Part shown: piece after piece, positions 54,201 to 64,000 of the stretch
Position numbering within the stretch: the stretch's first letter is position 1
Layout: each line of letters starts with the position of its first letter
Assembly (NCBI GenBank): GCA_964016885.1
Contig: OZ024766.1
Location: 1,178,001 to 1,242,000 of the forward strand
Origin: Eledone cirrhosa
Taxonomy: Eukaryota
Direction: 5' to 3'
DNA: 64,000 bases
The notes under the pieces: model-generated
The model's input: only the letters and a program-made list of their open reading frames with translations
Databases searched by the model: none
What the model was told of the DNA's origin: nothing
Made by a program: the position numbers and the translations under genes

Positions 54201-55581
54201 ATCTTGCAACACAAGTCATGTTAAGTTACAATCTTTTTAATGAAATAATAATTTTAGCAGACGCAGCTCTGGGAATGTTAAATAAAACCACCCAGTTTAA
54301 AGGGTTCCTATTTAGATTGATATCTTTAGATATAGTTTTATATCAGAAGTAAATGTTAACTTACTATCTTAGTAATGTAATAATTAATAATTTTTTGGAA
54401 TTGCAATACAGGGTTCCTATTTAATATAAGAACCTTCATTAAGTTACTTTCTTAGTAATGAAATAAATTTTACTAAACTCCTCCAGATTTGTCATTAATT
54501 AATTGAAATAGAGTGTATTTAATTAGAAATAAGGTGAGAAAAGGCTCAAACCTAGCTCCTCCAGAATATCAGCTCTTTATCTGTATATTTATATCAACAG
54601 AACTGTGAACCCCAGTATTGTAGGTTCTAATCTCACTACTGTTTGTAAATATTAAAAATAAACTGAAATTTCAACAAAACTATTTTTTCAAATATTCTTT
54701 TATTTTGTATGTGTGGCTTAGTGGTTAGGTTGTTGGTCTTTCAATGATGAGAGTTTCATTCCTTGACTGGGTTGTTAATTTATTTTTCAGCAGGGCACGT
54801 CCTTACATGTTATTTCTCATGATAGGGCTAGGGTCCCTATTGTTAAAACACTTAAGAATCCTCATTGGGATACAACCTTGTAAGATGTCAGTTAGACCTT
54901 CCTAAGTGAGAGCTGTAACATATATATGATAGGACGGGGTCATGTATCTTAAAAACACTTGTAAAATCTATGAGGACAGCTAAATCTATAAAGGTGTGCG
55001 GTAACAATATGATTGAAATGAGATTCCCTAACCTTAAAACAGCCAAGAAATCTCATTTGAGATGCAGCTACACCTACATTGGTGTGTTGTAAGAACAGGA
55101 TAGGATTAGGGGCCCTCTCATTAAGTTGAGAAACCTCATAGAAGGTCAGTTGATGGGACTTGCACCAGCTAACCGATACAGGTGTGTGTTGTAATTAAAA
55201 TATGAGAGGACTGGACTCCCTATCATTAAAACACCTGAGAAACCTCATATGAGAGACAATCTTTACAGAGGCCAGCTACATATACTTAACTGTTGTAACA
55301 ACATGAGAGAACTGGGGTCTCCTATCATTAAAACACCAGAGACCTCATGGAAGGCCAGCTAACCCTACATAGGTGTATACTGTAACATGATATACAACCT
55401 GTAAGGATAAATAAGTAGGTAAACAACCCCATTAATGTGTTTATAAAGGATCAAGAAACCTTTAAAAGGGGTCATTGATTTTAATTTGGTGATGGGAATC
55501 CAGCTGTAGAAACTTGCCAAATAAAGAGTCGATAGAACCCTTAATCTGTATCAAAGACATGACAACTTCCCTAGTGTTGGT
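51300..55581 (+). repeat. Direct segmental duplication of the ZF exon and 3' flank; partner 59772-64000 runs off the window
   Basis: Near-identical 5' UTR and 3' flanks; 33705-37670 is an inverted partner of about 50930-54710. Confidence 0.92.
51837..53972 (+). CDS. C2H2 zinc-finger protein ZF5, 25 fingers, 711 aa
   Basis: Tandem C2H2 fingers; paralogue of ZF3 (inverted) and ZF6 (direct). Confidence 0.95.
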   Translation: MHKHSHTREKPYQCDVCDKSFYTKSNLNSHKFLHTGVKPFHCDICGKSFSRKGALPCHKRIHTGEKPYHCDICGKLFSSKSGLPEHKRRFHTGEKLFHCDICGKSFFINPELTRHRRIHTGEKPYRCIICGKSFATNTGLTSHKRFHTGGEKRYHCDICGKSFSGNSNLTAHKRTHTGERPYQCDICGKSFPTNSELIRHKRTHTGEKPYHCDICGKSFTADNGLSLHMRIHTGEKPYHCDICGKSFTVGSGLRTHKRTHTGEKPYHCDICGKSFSQNGVLKVHKCIHRGEKPYSCDICGKLFASSTGLTRHKHIHTGEKPYHCNICGKSFRRNDGLITHKRAHTGEKSCHCDICGMSFSTIACLTKHKRIHTGERPYHCAICGKSFSQNCVLITHKRIHTGERPYHCVICGKSFSTLGGVKEHRQIHTGEKPYHCDICGKSFLRNRRLTEHKRIHTGEKPYHCDICGKSFTQNSVLTEHKRTHTGEKPYHCDICGKSFIRSSRVKVHKFIHTGEKPYPCNICGKSFSTNAALSQHKLVHSGLKPSRCDICGKSFNCSGQLTTHTRVHTGDKPYRCETCGKSFTTVGNLTSHKRIHTGEKPYHCDICGKSFSVNSNFAAHKRTHTGEKPHHCDICGKSFSQKEQLNRHKRIHTGEKPHHCDICGKSFTRTTGLTLHKRIHTGEKPFDCDVCGKSFSQLSSMTIHKRVHTGK

Positions 55582-56402
55582 GACGTGATATAATACACCC
55601 AGTACACTCTGTAATGTGGTTGGTAATAGGAAGGACATCTGGCCGTAGACACTATGCCAAGATAGAACACATAAATGGAAGGTGTTTATCCTTCACAATA
55701 CACATTTTGACATCTTGAAAAATGCTAGAAATAGTAGCAAAACATTCTCAATATGTCTTAGATAATGCTAATTATAGTGTTGTAAAAATTACACTTTACT
55801 ATATATTCAATATATGACGTTCTCGTTGTAATCTACATACTCTAATGTGCATCTCTGACAATTTTCAATACAAAATATAAATTATTGAGAAAGTTATGAG
55901 GAAATAAATGTAGAAGCCTAACTATTTTTGAATCGAAATCAATTTTACTGCCAAATATTAGTCACGTAAGATTTACTTCCCTTTGAACATTACGTAATTT
56001 TTTTTTTTACCCTGCGCTAGGAATCGCACCTGGTCAGCCTACATGCTAGAAATAACAGCCCAATGTTCCTCTTTGTTTCGTCTTAACTTTCTTAATAATT
56101 CATTTTTTGTTCGTTTGTTTTTTTGCAACTAAATATATTTTATTAATAAAAATCAAAACAATGGTAAACAAATCTCAAATAACAACAACACTCTTTTGTG
56201 AGGCTAAACTCCACCAAACAGGGAGTATGTTCAGTTATTATTACAACAATATGACCCTCCCAAGTATAACAATATTTGTTTCGACACACGATTTCATATC
56301 AAAAACCTCGCAAAACAAATATATATTTTATATATATATATTCCAAGGCTCTGATACCATCAACACTATAAACACAGAGCTGGCATATCTAAGAACTGAC
56401 TA

Positions 56403-56458
56403 ACTGCCTGATGAGGTCATAGCCATTCAATGGCTATCATCGAAATATATATAGCAGT
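56403..56458 (+). ncRNA. Minimal type I hammerhead ribozyme (family D), intact
   Basis: ACUGC CUGAUGA GGUCAUAGCCAU UCA AUGGCUAUCAUC GAAA UAUAUA UA GCAGU; 5-bp stem I, long stem II, palindromic stem III AUAUAUAU; cleavage predicted after 56453. Confidence 0.9.
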
Positions 56459-56679
56459 AAATAAAGGATTATAAGTTCATGCAATTGACTTATGTTTCGT
56501 CACTATATATATATATATATATATACACACACATAGGGAAAAAGAGAGGATTTACGAATTTCAATGGCTTAAGAAAGAAAGCTAGCTCTATTTGTTTATT
56601 GTGACAAGATACGAATCTGTGGCTAAAGAATAAAATAGATCAACGTTAATGGCGGAGAAAGGTGAAAAAATTTTTGAAA

Positions 56680-58220
56680 TTTTTAATTTAACAACATGGA
56701 GATTATTTCTTTGGTTGTTTAGTAAAATATAAGAAGACAACAAATTAATTACATGTGAAGAGGGTAAGTTTAGATTTACTTCAAGTCTATAATAATTGTT
56801 TCAACTTTAGGCACAACGCCAGTAATTTGTCTATAATAATGTGTAATAATTGTTTCTACTTTAGGCACAAGGCCAGCAATTATCCAGTACATTACTGGTA
56901 CTGTATTTTATCGACCCCGTAAGGATGAAAAGCAAAGTTAACCTGGGCGGGATTTGAACTCAGATCGTCCCTTTACGATCTGAGTTCAAATCCCGCCCAG
57001 GTTGACTTTGCCTTTCATCCTTACGGGGTCGATAAAATACAGTACCAGTAATGCACTGGTAATTTGCTGGCCTTGTGCCTAAAGTAGAAACAATTATTAC
57101 ATAATGGTTTCTAGTTATGATACAAGGCCAATAATTTTTTTTTTTGGGGGGGGGGGAGTTGATTAATTCGAACCAGTGTATTACTGGTACTTCATTTTAT
57201 CGACCCCCGTAATGATGAAAGGCAAAGTTAACTTCGATGGGATTTGAACTCAGACCGTAAAGGGTTGTAACTCTATGCTGCGACTTTCTACCGATACTGC
57301 CAATCCACCACCTTATTGTTTGTAAATAATAGAATTATGTGAACCTTTCAACGAAGGGCCTTGTTTCAGGAGCTACCAGGAGACAAGTCCCCTCCACTTT
57401 TTCAGGAACGGGGCACAAACCCTCTTTTGTCTCCCCTAACTTTTCCCAATTTATTCAAACGTCTATGTTTTATATTTTGTTTATTTGATATAATAAATTC
57501 TTTTTAAACTTTTTTTTTTTTAATATCTGAACTTTATTTGAATATATAAAATTTAATTAGTGTAAACTGTTACTTATGTGATAGGGTCCGGGGAAAATCT
57601 CCGTAAGTAATACTAACATGCCCCTTTAAGGACCAACAAATGTTGGTTTGTCTCCCTCACATTTTGAAGGCAAACGAGACCCCTGCTTTCAATGATACAG
57701 TAATTATAGGATTTTGAGCTTTTAAAAATGATGAAAAGAATCGCCTTTATTGATAAATAAATTATATACAAGTAAAAATACTGGGCGACCACAAAAATAC
57801 TCCTTGATTTCAAATACTTATAATATGAAAACTTAAATGAATATTCTTACAATATTGGTGGCTACAGTTGTATAAGCTACCAAAGGTTCTTGTGGTATTG
57901 GTTGACGTCATAGAACAGGCATGGGCAACTCTTTTTCGAGAAGCGGGCCACATGAGATGTAGCTCATCATCAGGTGGGCCACATGAGATATGGCTCATCA
58001 TCAGGAGGGCCACATGAGATGTGGCCCATCATCAGGTGGGCCACATGAGATATGGCTCATCATCAGGAGGGCCACATGAGATGTGGCTCATCATCAGGTG
58101 GGCCACATGAGATGTAGCTCATCATCAGGTGGGCCACATGAGATGTAGCTCATCATCAGGAGGGCCACATGAGATGTGGCTCATCATCAGGTGGGCCACA
58201 TGAGATGTGGCTCATCATCA
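56680..58220 (+). repeat. Inverted duplicate of 26627-27752 (ZF1 5' exon and intron start)
   Basis: Identical short ORF translations at 26948-27148 and 57613-57813; shared donor at 56764. Confidence 0.92.
56844..57099. mobile_element. Head-to-head SINE palindrome (arms about 120 bp)
   Basis: ...gggatttgaactcagatcgt|cccttt|acgatctgagttcaaatccc... Confidence 0.88.
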
Positions 58221-58904
58221 CACATACACCCACTGACACACATACACTCTCACATATACAAAGACAGACATACATTCACGCAGACACACACACAACCTGG
58301 TAAATAATAGAAGCTCTGGTAGCTCTGCTAACTTTTTACACTTCTTCTTTTATCAAACTTAAGCTACTAGCTTAATAGTTGTGTAGCCCCACAGAAAAAA
58401 GAACCCAGTCCACACTGTAAAGTGGTTATGTAGGTGTCCCAACAAAAAAAACCCAGTTCACACCGTAAAGTGGTCATGTAGGAGTCACAACAAAAAACAC
58501 CCAGTCCACACTGTAAAGTGGTCATGTAGGCGCCACGGTAAAAAAGCACCCAGTACTCTCTGTAAATGTGGTTGGTGTTAGGAAGGGCATCCAGCTGTAG
58601 AAATCAAGCCAAAATCAGTTCCCATATGAGCAAGACATGTTTAGCTGACTGGACACTGCCCACAACAAGACAAGCTGTCTAACCCATGCCAGCATGGAAG
58701 AATGGACGTGAAACAGTGATGATGATAATGATATAAACAGGCACATATTCATAGGTATATGTGTGTGGGGCGTCCGCCTTAACCAGTTTTGCTCGATGAC
58801 GGAAAGAGCCAAAATAATCTAAAGAATTAAAACAACTCAATAATCAGAAGTATTTATCAAGGAAAAAATAGACAAAAATATACCTATTTTTCCTTCAAAG
58901 TCCC

Positions 58905-59088
58905 GACTGCAGTTTTGCTGAATCCGTTTGCAGCAATTTATGCACTATAGAAATGCACCATCGGTTACAAACACGTCAAGAAACAGTCCTTTTTGAGGGG
59001 TATCTTCATAAGCCTTATCAACCTAACAGCGATGCTGCACTTCTATGGTGCATAAATTGCTGCAAACGGATTTGGCAAAACTGCAGTC
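58905..59088. mobile_element. Foldback/MITE-like element with arms of about 55 bp
   Basis: gactgcagttttgctgaatccgtttgcagcaatttatgcactatagaa ... ttctatggtgcataaattgctgcaaacggatttggcaaaactgcagtc. Confidence 0.7.
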
Positions 59089-59340
59089 ACACTTTACCGA
59101 GTGTACTGGTGTATTTTGTCATGACACCAGCACTAGCACATTTCAGAGTGTACTGTGTGTATTTTATGATGACACCAACACTCACTTTACAAAGTGTACT
59201 GGGTGTATTTTGTCATGACACCAGCACTTCCACTTTACAGAGTGTACTGGGTGTATTTTATTGTGACACCACTACTACCACTTTACAGAGTGTATTTTAT
59301 TATGTATAATTACAGAGTGTATTTTATTATGTATATTTAA

Positions 59341-59744
59341 CCCTTTAGCATTCACATTAATTTGTCAAATGTCATGTTTATCTGTTCACATTAATTGAAG
59401 ATAAATCACTAATATTGTCTTTTGTTTCTTGTTTATTTTGAATGTCGTTGAGTGTAAAACCTTCAGAGTCGGTCCCACTACTTTCACAAGCCATGTTGAT
59501 ACACACATAAAATCTGTTCTACTTTCAACGTTAAAAAAACACGTTGTTTCAAGTAGTTTCACTGTATTAAGTGTTAATTTTCGTGGTAAAGGCCTAATCT
59601 CGCAGTAATCTCGAATTGACGAGATTTTGATGACAGTATTGTTTATTTTGAAAATGATATTTTAGTGTGGGTCTTGTTGGCTGGTTTTGGCCAGTTTGAA
59701 CAAATAAAGGGGAAATAGTTCTGGCCGGTTTGAACACTAAAGGG
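59341..59744 (+). mobile_element. Divergent piggyBac-type MITE relative
   Basis: TTAA|ccctttagcattcac ... ggtttgaacactaaaggg; right TSD degenerate. Confidence 0.65.
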
Positions 59745-60315
59745 TTTTTAAACTTTCCACTGTTGAATCTCTCCAGTTTAAGTTTCCTGTTTGTCTCATA
59801 GAGTTTCTTTATTATTTCAGAGTATCTCATGACATTGGCAGAAGATGATAGGTTTCACTTGAAAGACATCATCAGTATTTATCAACATTTAAACTCTAAA
59901 GGAAGATACAGGACAGATATAACCCTGGTTATATAAATCTATCGTAGGAATTACTGGGAAATATTTCATCTAAACTGAGATAACAGCAGTTTTTCTACTT
60001 CATTTAATGGAATGTCTATAAGATAGTTTGCTATGTTATTTAACTCTTAACTGGTGGACACAAACATCTAGAGTATCATCTCAATGACTGGTTACACAAC
60101 TCAAGGGAACTTCAGTAAAATAATTCTAGAAAGGCTCACTAGTTTATAATTTCTGGTATTAAATACTAGTAAATTGAGATTTGTAGTGAGACAGAAATTG
60201 TGGAGGTATCAATCATTTGAGATTGATTTGTACCTTGAGAAAGGAACAAATAAGGAGAACCTGATACAACTGTGATATCTGTGGTAAATCATTCTCTGAA
60301 AGTACTGGATTAGCT

Positions 60316-62445
60316 ATGCACAAACATAGTCGTACACGAGAGAAGCCATATCACTGCGATATCTGTGATAAATCATTCTATACAAAGAGTAACCTAAACA
60401 CTCACAAACCTATTCATGCAGGAGTGAAGCCATACCATTGTGATATCTGTGGAAATTCATTCTCAAGAAAAGAAGCCCTTATTTCTCACAAACGTATTCA
60501 CACAGGAGAGAAGCCATATCATTGTGATATCTGTGGTAAATCATTCTCTAGAAAGAGTGGCCTACCCAATCACAAACGTATTCATACCGGCGAGAAGCCA
60601 CATCATTGTGATATCTGTGGTAAATTATTCACTACAAATTCTGAATTAACTAGACATAAACGTATTCATACCGGAGAAAAGCCGTATCGCTGTGATATTT
60701 GTGGTAAATCATTCGCTACAAATACTGGATTAACTTCACACAAAAGATTTCATACAGGAGAGAAGCCATATCACTGTATCATCTGTGGTAAATCTTTCTC
60801 TGGAAGTAGTGAACTAACATCTCACAAACGTACTCATACCGGAGAGAAGCCATATCAGTGTGACATCTGTGGTAAATCATTCTCTAGAAATTCTGCATTA
60901 ACTAGACATAAACGTACTCATACCGGAGAGAAGCCGTACCACTGTGATATCTGTGGTAAGTCGTTCACTGTAAATACCGGATTATCTTCGCACATGCGTA
61001 TTCATACAGGCGAGAAGCCATATCATTGTGATATCTGTGGTAAATCTTTCACTGTAGGTAGTGGATTAAGAGCACACAAACGTATACACACAGGAGAGAA
61101 ACCATATCACTGTGATATCTGTGGTAAGTCATTCTCTCAAAATGATGTATTGAAAGTTCACAAACGTATCCACACAGGAGAGAAGCCACACAGCTGTGAT
61201 ATCTGTGGTAAGTTATTCGCAACAAGTACTGGATTAACTAGACATAAACGTATTCATACAGGAGAGAAGCCATACCACTGTGATATCTGTGGCAAATCAT
61301 TCTCTGAAAATTCTGTGTTAATAACACACAAACGTATCCACACAAGAGAGAGGCCATATCACTGTGTTATCTGTGGTAAATCATTCTCTAGAATTGGTGG
61401 TGTAAAGGAACACAAACGTATTCATACTGGAGAGAAGCCATACCACTGTGCTATCTGTGGCAAATCATTCTCTCAAAATTCTGTGTTAATAACACACAAA
61501 CGCATCCACACAGGAGAGAGGCCATATCACTGTGTTATCTGTGGTAAATCATTCTCTACAATTGGTGGTTTAAAGGAACACAAACAGATACATACAGGAG
61601 AAAAGCCATACCACTGTGATATTTGTGGTAAATCATTTCTTACAAACAGAGTATTAACTGCACACAAACGTATTCATACAGGAGAAAAGCCATATCACTG
61701 TGATATCTGTGGTAAATCATTCAGACAAAATTCTGTGTTAACTGAACATAAGCGTACTCATACTGGAGAGAAGCCGTATCATTGCGATATCTGTGGTAAA
61801 TCATTCATTAGAAGTAGTCGGGTAAAAGCTCACAAATTTATTCATACTGGAGAGAAGCCATACCCCTGTAATATCTGTGGTAAATCATTCTCTACAAATG
61901 CTGCATTATCTCAACATAAACTTGTTCACTCAGGGTTAAAGCGATACCGTTGTGACATCTGTGGTAAATCATTCAATCGTAGTAATCATCTGACTACTCA
62001 TACACGTGTTCATACAGGAGATAAGCCATATCACTGTGATATCTGTGGTAAATCATTCACTACAGATAGTAGCCTAACATCTCACAAACGTATTCACACT
62101 GGAGAGCAGCCATACCACTGTGATATCTGTGGTAAATCATTCTCTGTAAATAGTAACTTCGCTGCTCATAAACGCACTCATACAGGAGAGAAACCACATC
62201 AGTGTGATATCTGTGGTACATCCTTCTCTCAAAAAGAGCAGTTAAATAGACACAAGCGTATTCACACAGGAGAGAAGCCACATCACTGTGATATCTGTGG
62301 TAAATCTTTCACTAGAACTACTGGATTGACTTTGCACAAACGTATTCATACAGGAGAGAAGCCATTTGACTGTGATGTCTGTGGTAAATCATTCTCTCAG
62401 TTGAGTAGCGTAACAATTCACAAACGTGTTCACACTGGAAAGTAG
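60316..62445 (+). CDS. C2H2 zinc-finger protein ZF6, 25 fingers, 709 aa
   Basis: Tandem C2H2 fingers; acceptor ends 59820; paralogue of ZF5 and ZF3. Confidence 0.95.
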   Translation: MHKHSRTREKPYHCDICDKSFYTKSNLNTHKPIHAGVKPYHCDICGNSFSRKEALISHKRIHTGEKPYHCDICGKSFSRKSGLPNHKRIHTGEKPHHCDICGKLFTTNSELTRHKRIHTGEKPYRCDICGKSFATNTGLTSHKRFHTGEKPYHCIICGKSFSGSSELTSHKRTHTGEKPYQCDICGKSFSRNSALTRHKRTHTGEKPYHCDICGKSFTVNTGLSSHMRIHTGEKPYHCDICGKSFTVGSGLRAHKRIHTGEKPYHCDICGKSFSQNDVLKVHKRIHTGEKPHSCDICGKLFATSTGLTRHKRIHTGEKPYHCDICGKSFSENSVLITHKRIHTRERPYHCVICGKSFSRIGGVKEHKRIHTGEKPYHCAICGKSFSQNSVLITHKRIHTGERPYHCVICGKSFSTIGGLKEHKQIHTGEKPYHCDICGKSFLTNRVLTAHKRIHTGEKPYHCDICGKSFRQNSVLTEHKRTHTGEKPYHCDICGKSFIRSSRVKAHKFIHTGEKPYPCNICGKSFSTNAALSQHKLVHSGLKRYRCDICGKSFNRSNHLTTHTRVHTGDKPYHCDICGKSFTTDSSLTSHKRIHTGEQPYHCDICGKSFSVNSNFAAHKRTHTGEKPHQCDICGTSFSQKEQLNRHKRIHTGEKPHHCDICGKSFTRTTGLTLHKRIHTGEKPFDCDVCGKSFSQLSSVTIHKRVHTGK

Positions 62446-64000
62446 CCATACCACTGACATCTGTGGTAAATCATTCTCTGTTAGGTAACTTAACTGTACA
62501 CAAACGTATTCACACCCGAGACAAGCCATATCACTGGAATGACTCTCCAGTGATTCTTTCCTGAGACATTCTAACCACATGCCCATAGTACAGGGTTGCT
62601 ATTTAAATTAAAATCTTGCAACACAAGTCATGTTAAGTTACAATCTTTTTAATGAAATAATAATTTTAGCAGACCCAGCTCTGGGAATGTTAAATAAAAC
62701 CACCCAGTTGAAAGGGTTCCTATTTAGATTGATATCTTTAGATATAGTTTTATATCAGAAGTAAATGTTAACTTACTATCTTAGTAATGTAATAATTTTA
62801 GTAAATTATTTAATTGCAATACAGGGTTCCTATTTAATATAAGAACCTTCATTAAGTTACTTTCTTAGTAATGAAATAAATTTTACTAAACTCCTCCAGA
62901 TTTGTCATTAATTAATTGAAATAGAGTGTATTTAATTAGAAATAAGGTGAGAAAAGGCTCAAACCTAGCTCTCCAGAATATCAGCTCTTTATCTGTATAT
63001 TTATATCAACAGAACTGTGAACCCCAGTATTGTAGGTTCTAATCTCACTACTGTTTGTAAATATTAAAAATAAACTGAAATTTCAACAAAACTATTTCTT
63101 CAAATATTCTTTTATTTTGTATGTGTGGCTTAGTGGTTAGGTTGTGGGACTTTCAATGATGGGGATGAGAGTTTCATTCCTTGACTGGGTTGTTAATTTA
63201 TTTTTCAGCAGGGCACGTCCTTACATGTTATTTCTCATGATAGGACTAGGGTCCCTATTGTTAAAACACTTAAGAATCCTCATTGGGATACAACCTTGTA
63301 AGAGGTCAGTTAGACCTTCCTAAGTGAGAGCTGTAACATATATATGATAGGACGGGGTCATGTATCTTAAAAACACTTGTAAAATCTATGAGGACAGCTA
63401 AATCTATAAAGGTGTGCGGTAACAATATGATTGAAATGAGATTCCCTAACCTTAAAACAGCCAAGAAATCTCATTTGAGATGCAGCTACACCTACATTGG
63501 TGTGTTGTAAGAACAGGATAGGATTAGGGGCCCTCTCATTAAGTTGAGAAACCTCATAGAAGGTCAGTTGATGGGACTTGCACCAGCTAACCGATACGGG
63601 TGTGTGTTGTAATTAAAATATGAGAGGACTGGACTCCCTATCATTAAAACACCTGAGAAACCTCGTATAAGAGACAATCTTTACAGAGGCCAGCTACATA
63701 TACTTAACTGTTGTAACAACATGAGAGAACTGGGGTCTCCTATCATTAAAACACCAGAGACCTCATGGAAGGCCAGCTAACCCTACATAGGTGTATACTG
63801 GAACATGATATACAACCTGTAAGGATAAATAAGTAGGTAAACAACCCCATTAATGTGTTGATGAAGGATCAAGAAACCTTTAAAAGGGGTCATTGATTTT
63901 AATTTGGTGATGGGAATCCAGCTGTAGAAACTTGCCAAATAAAGAGTCGATAGAACCCTTAATCTGTATCAAAGACATGACAACTTCCCTAGTGTTGGTG

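Overview
AT-rich animal genomic DNA, most consistent with a coleoid cephalopod (octopus-like). The evidence is very long (TA)n tracts, RTE and CR1-like LINE debris, Nin/Deu-domain tRNA-SINEs and a cluster of KRAB-less C2H2 zinc-finger genes, each with one coding exon. Bases 1-15.5 kb are mostly microsatellite and low-complexity DNA. They contain a probable first coding exon of an AMPK/SNF1-related kinase (minus strand, one-base frameshift) and a low-complexity region that may be coding. Bases 23.6-62.4 kb hold six multi-finger C2H2 genes (12-28 fingers), three on minus and then three on plus. They were built by inverted and direct segmental duplications with swapped 5' modules. Nested piggyBac-, hAT- and pogo-like MITEs, Helitron ends and several satellites lie between them. 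The most notable signal not shown by the ORF track is a set of minimal type I hammerhead ribozymes from several unrelated sequence families. They have palindromic stem III, sit in or beside (TA)n tracts, and are often in divergent inverted pairs, as expected for Penelope-like element termini. Almost all YIYI-type ORFs are microsatellite artefacts. All calls were made by eye; no folding or database search was run.
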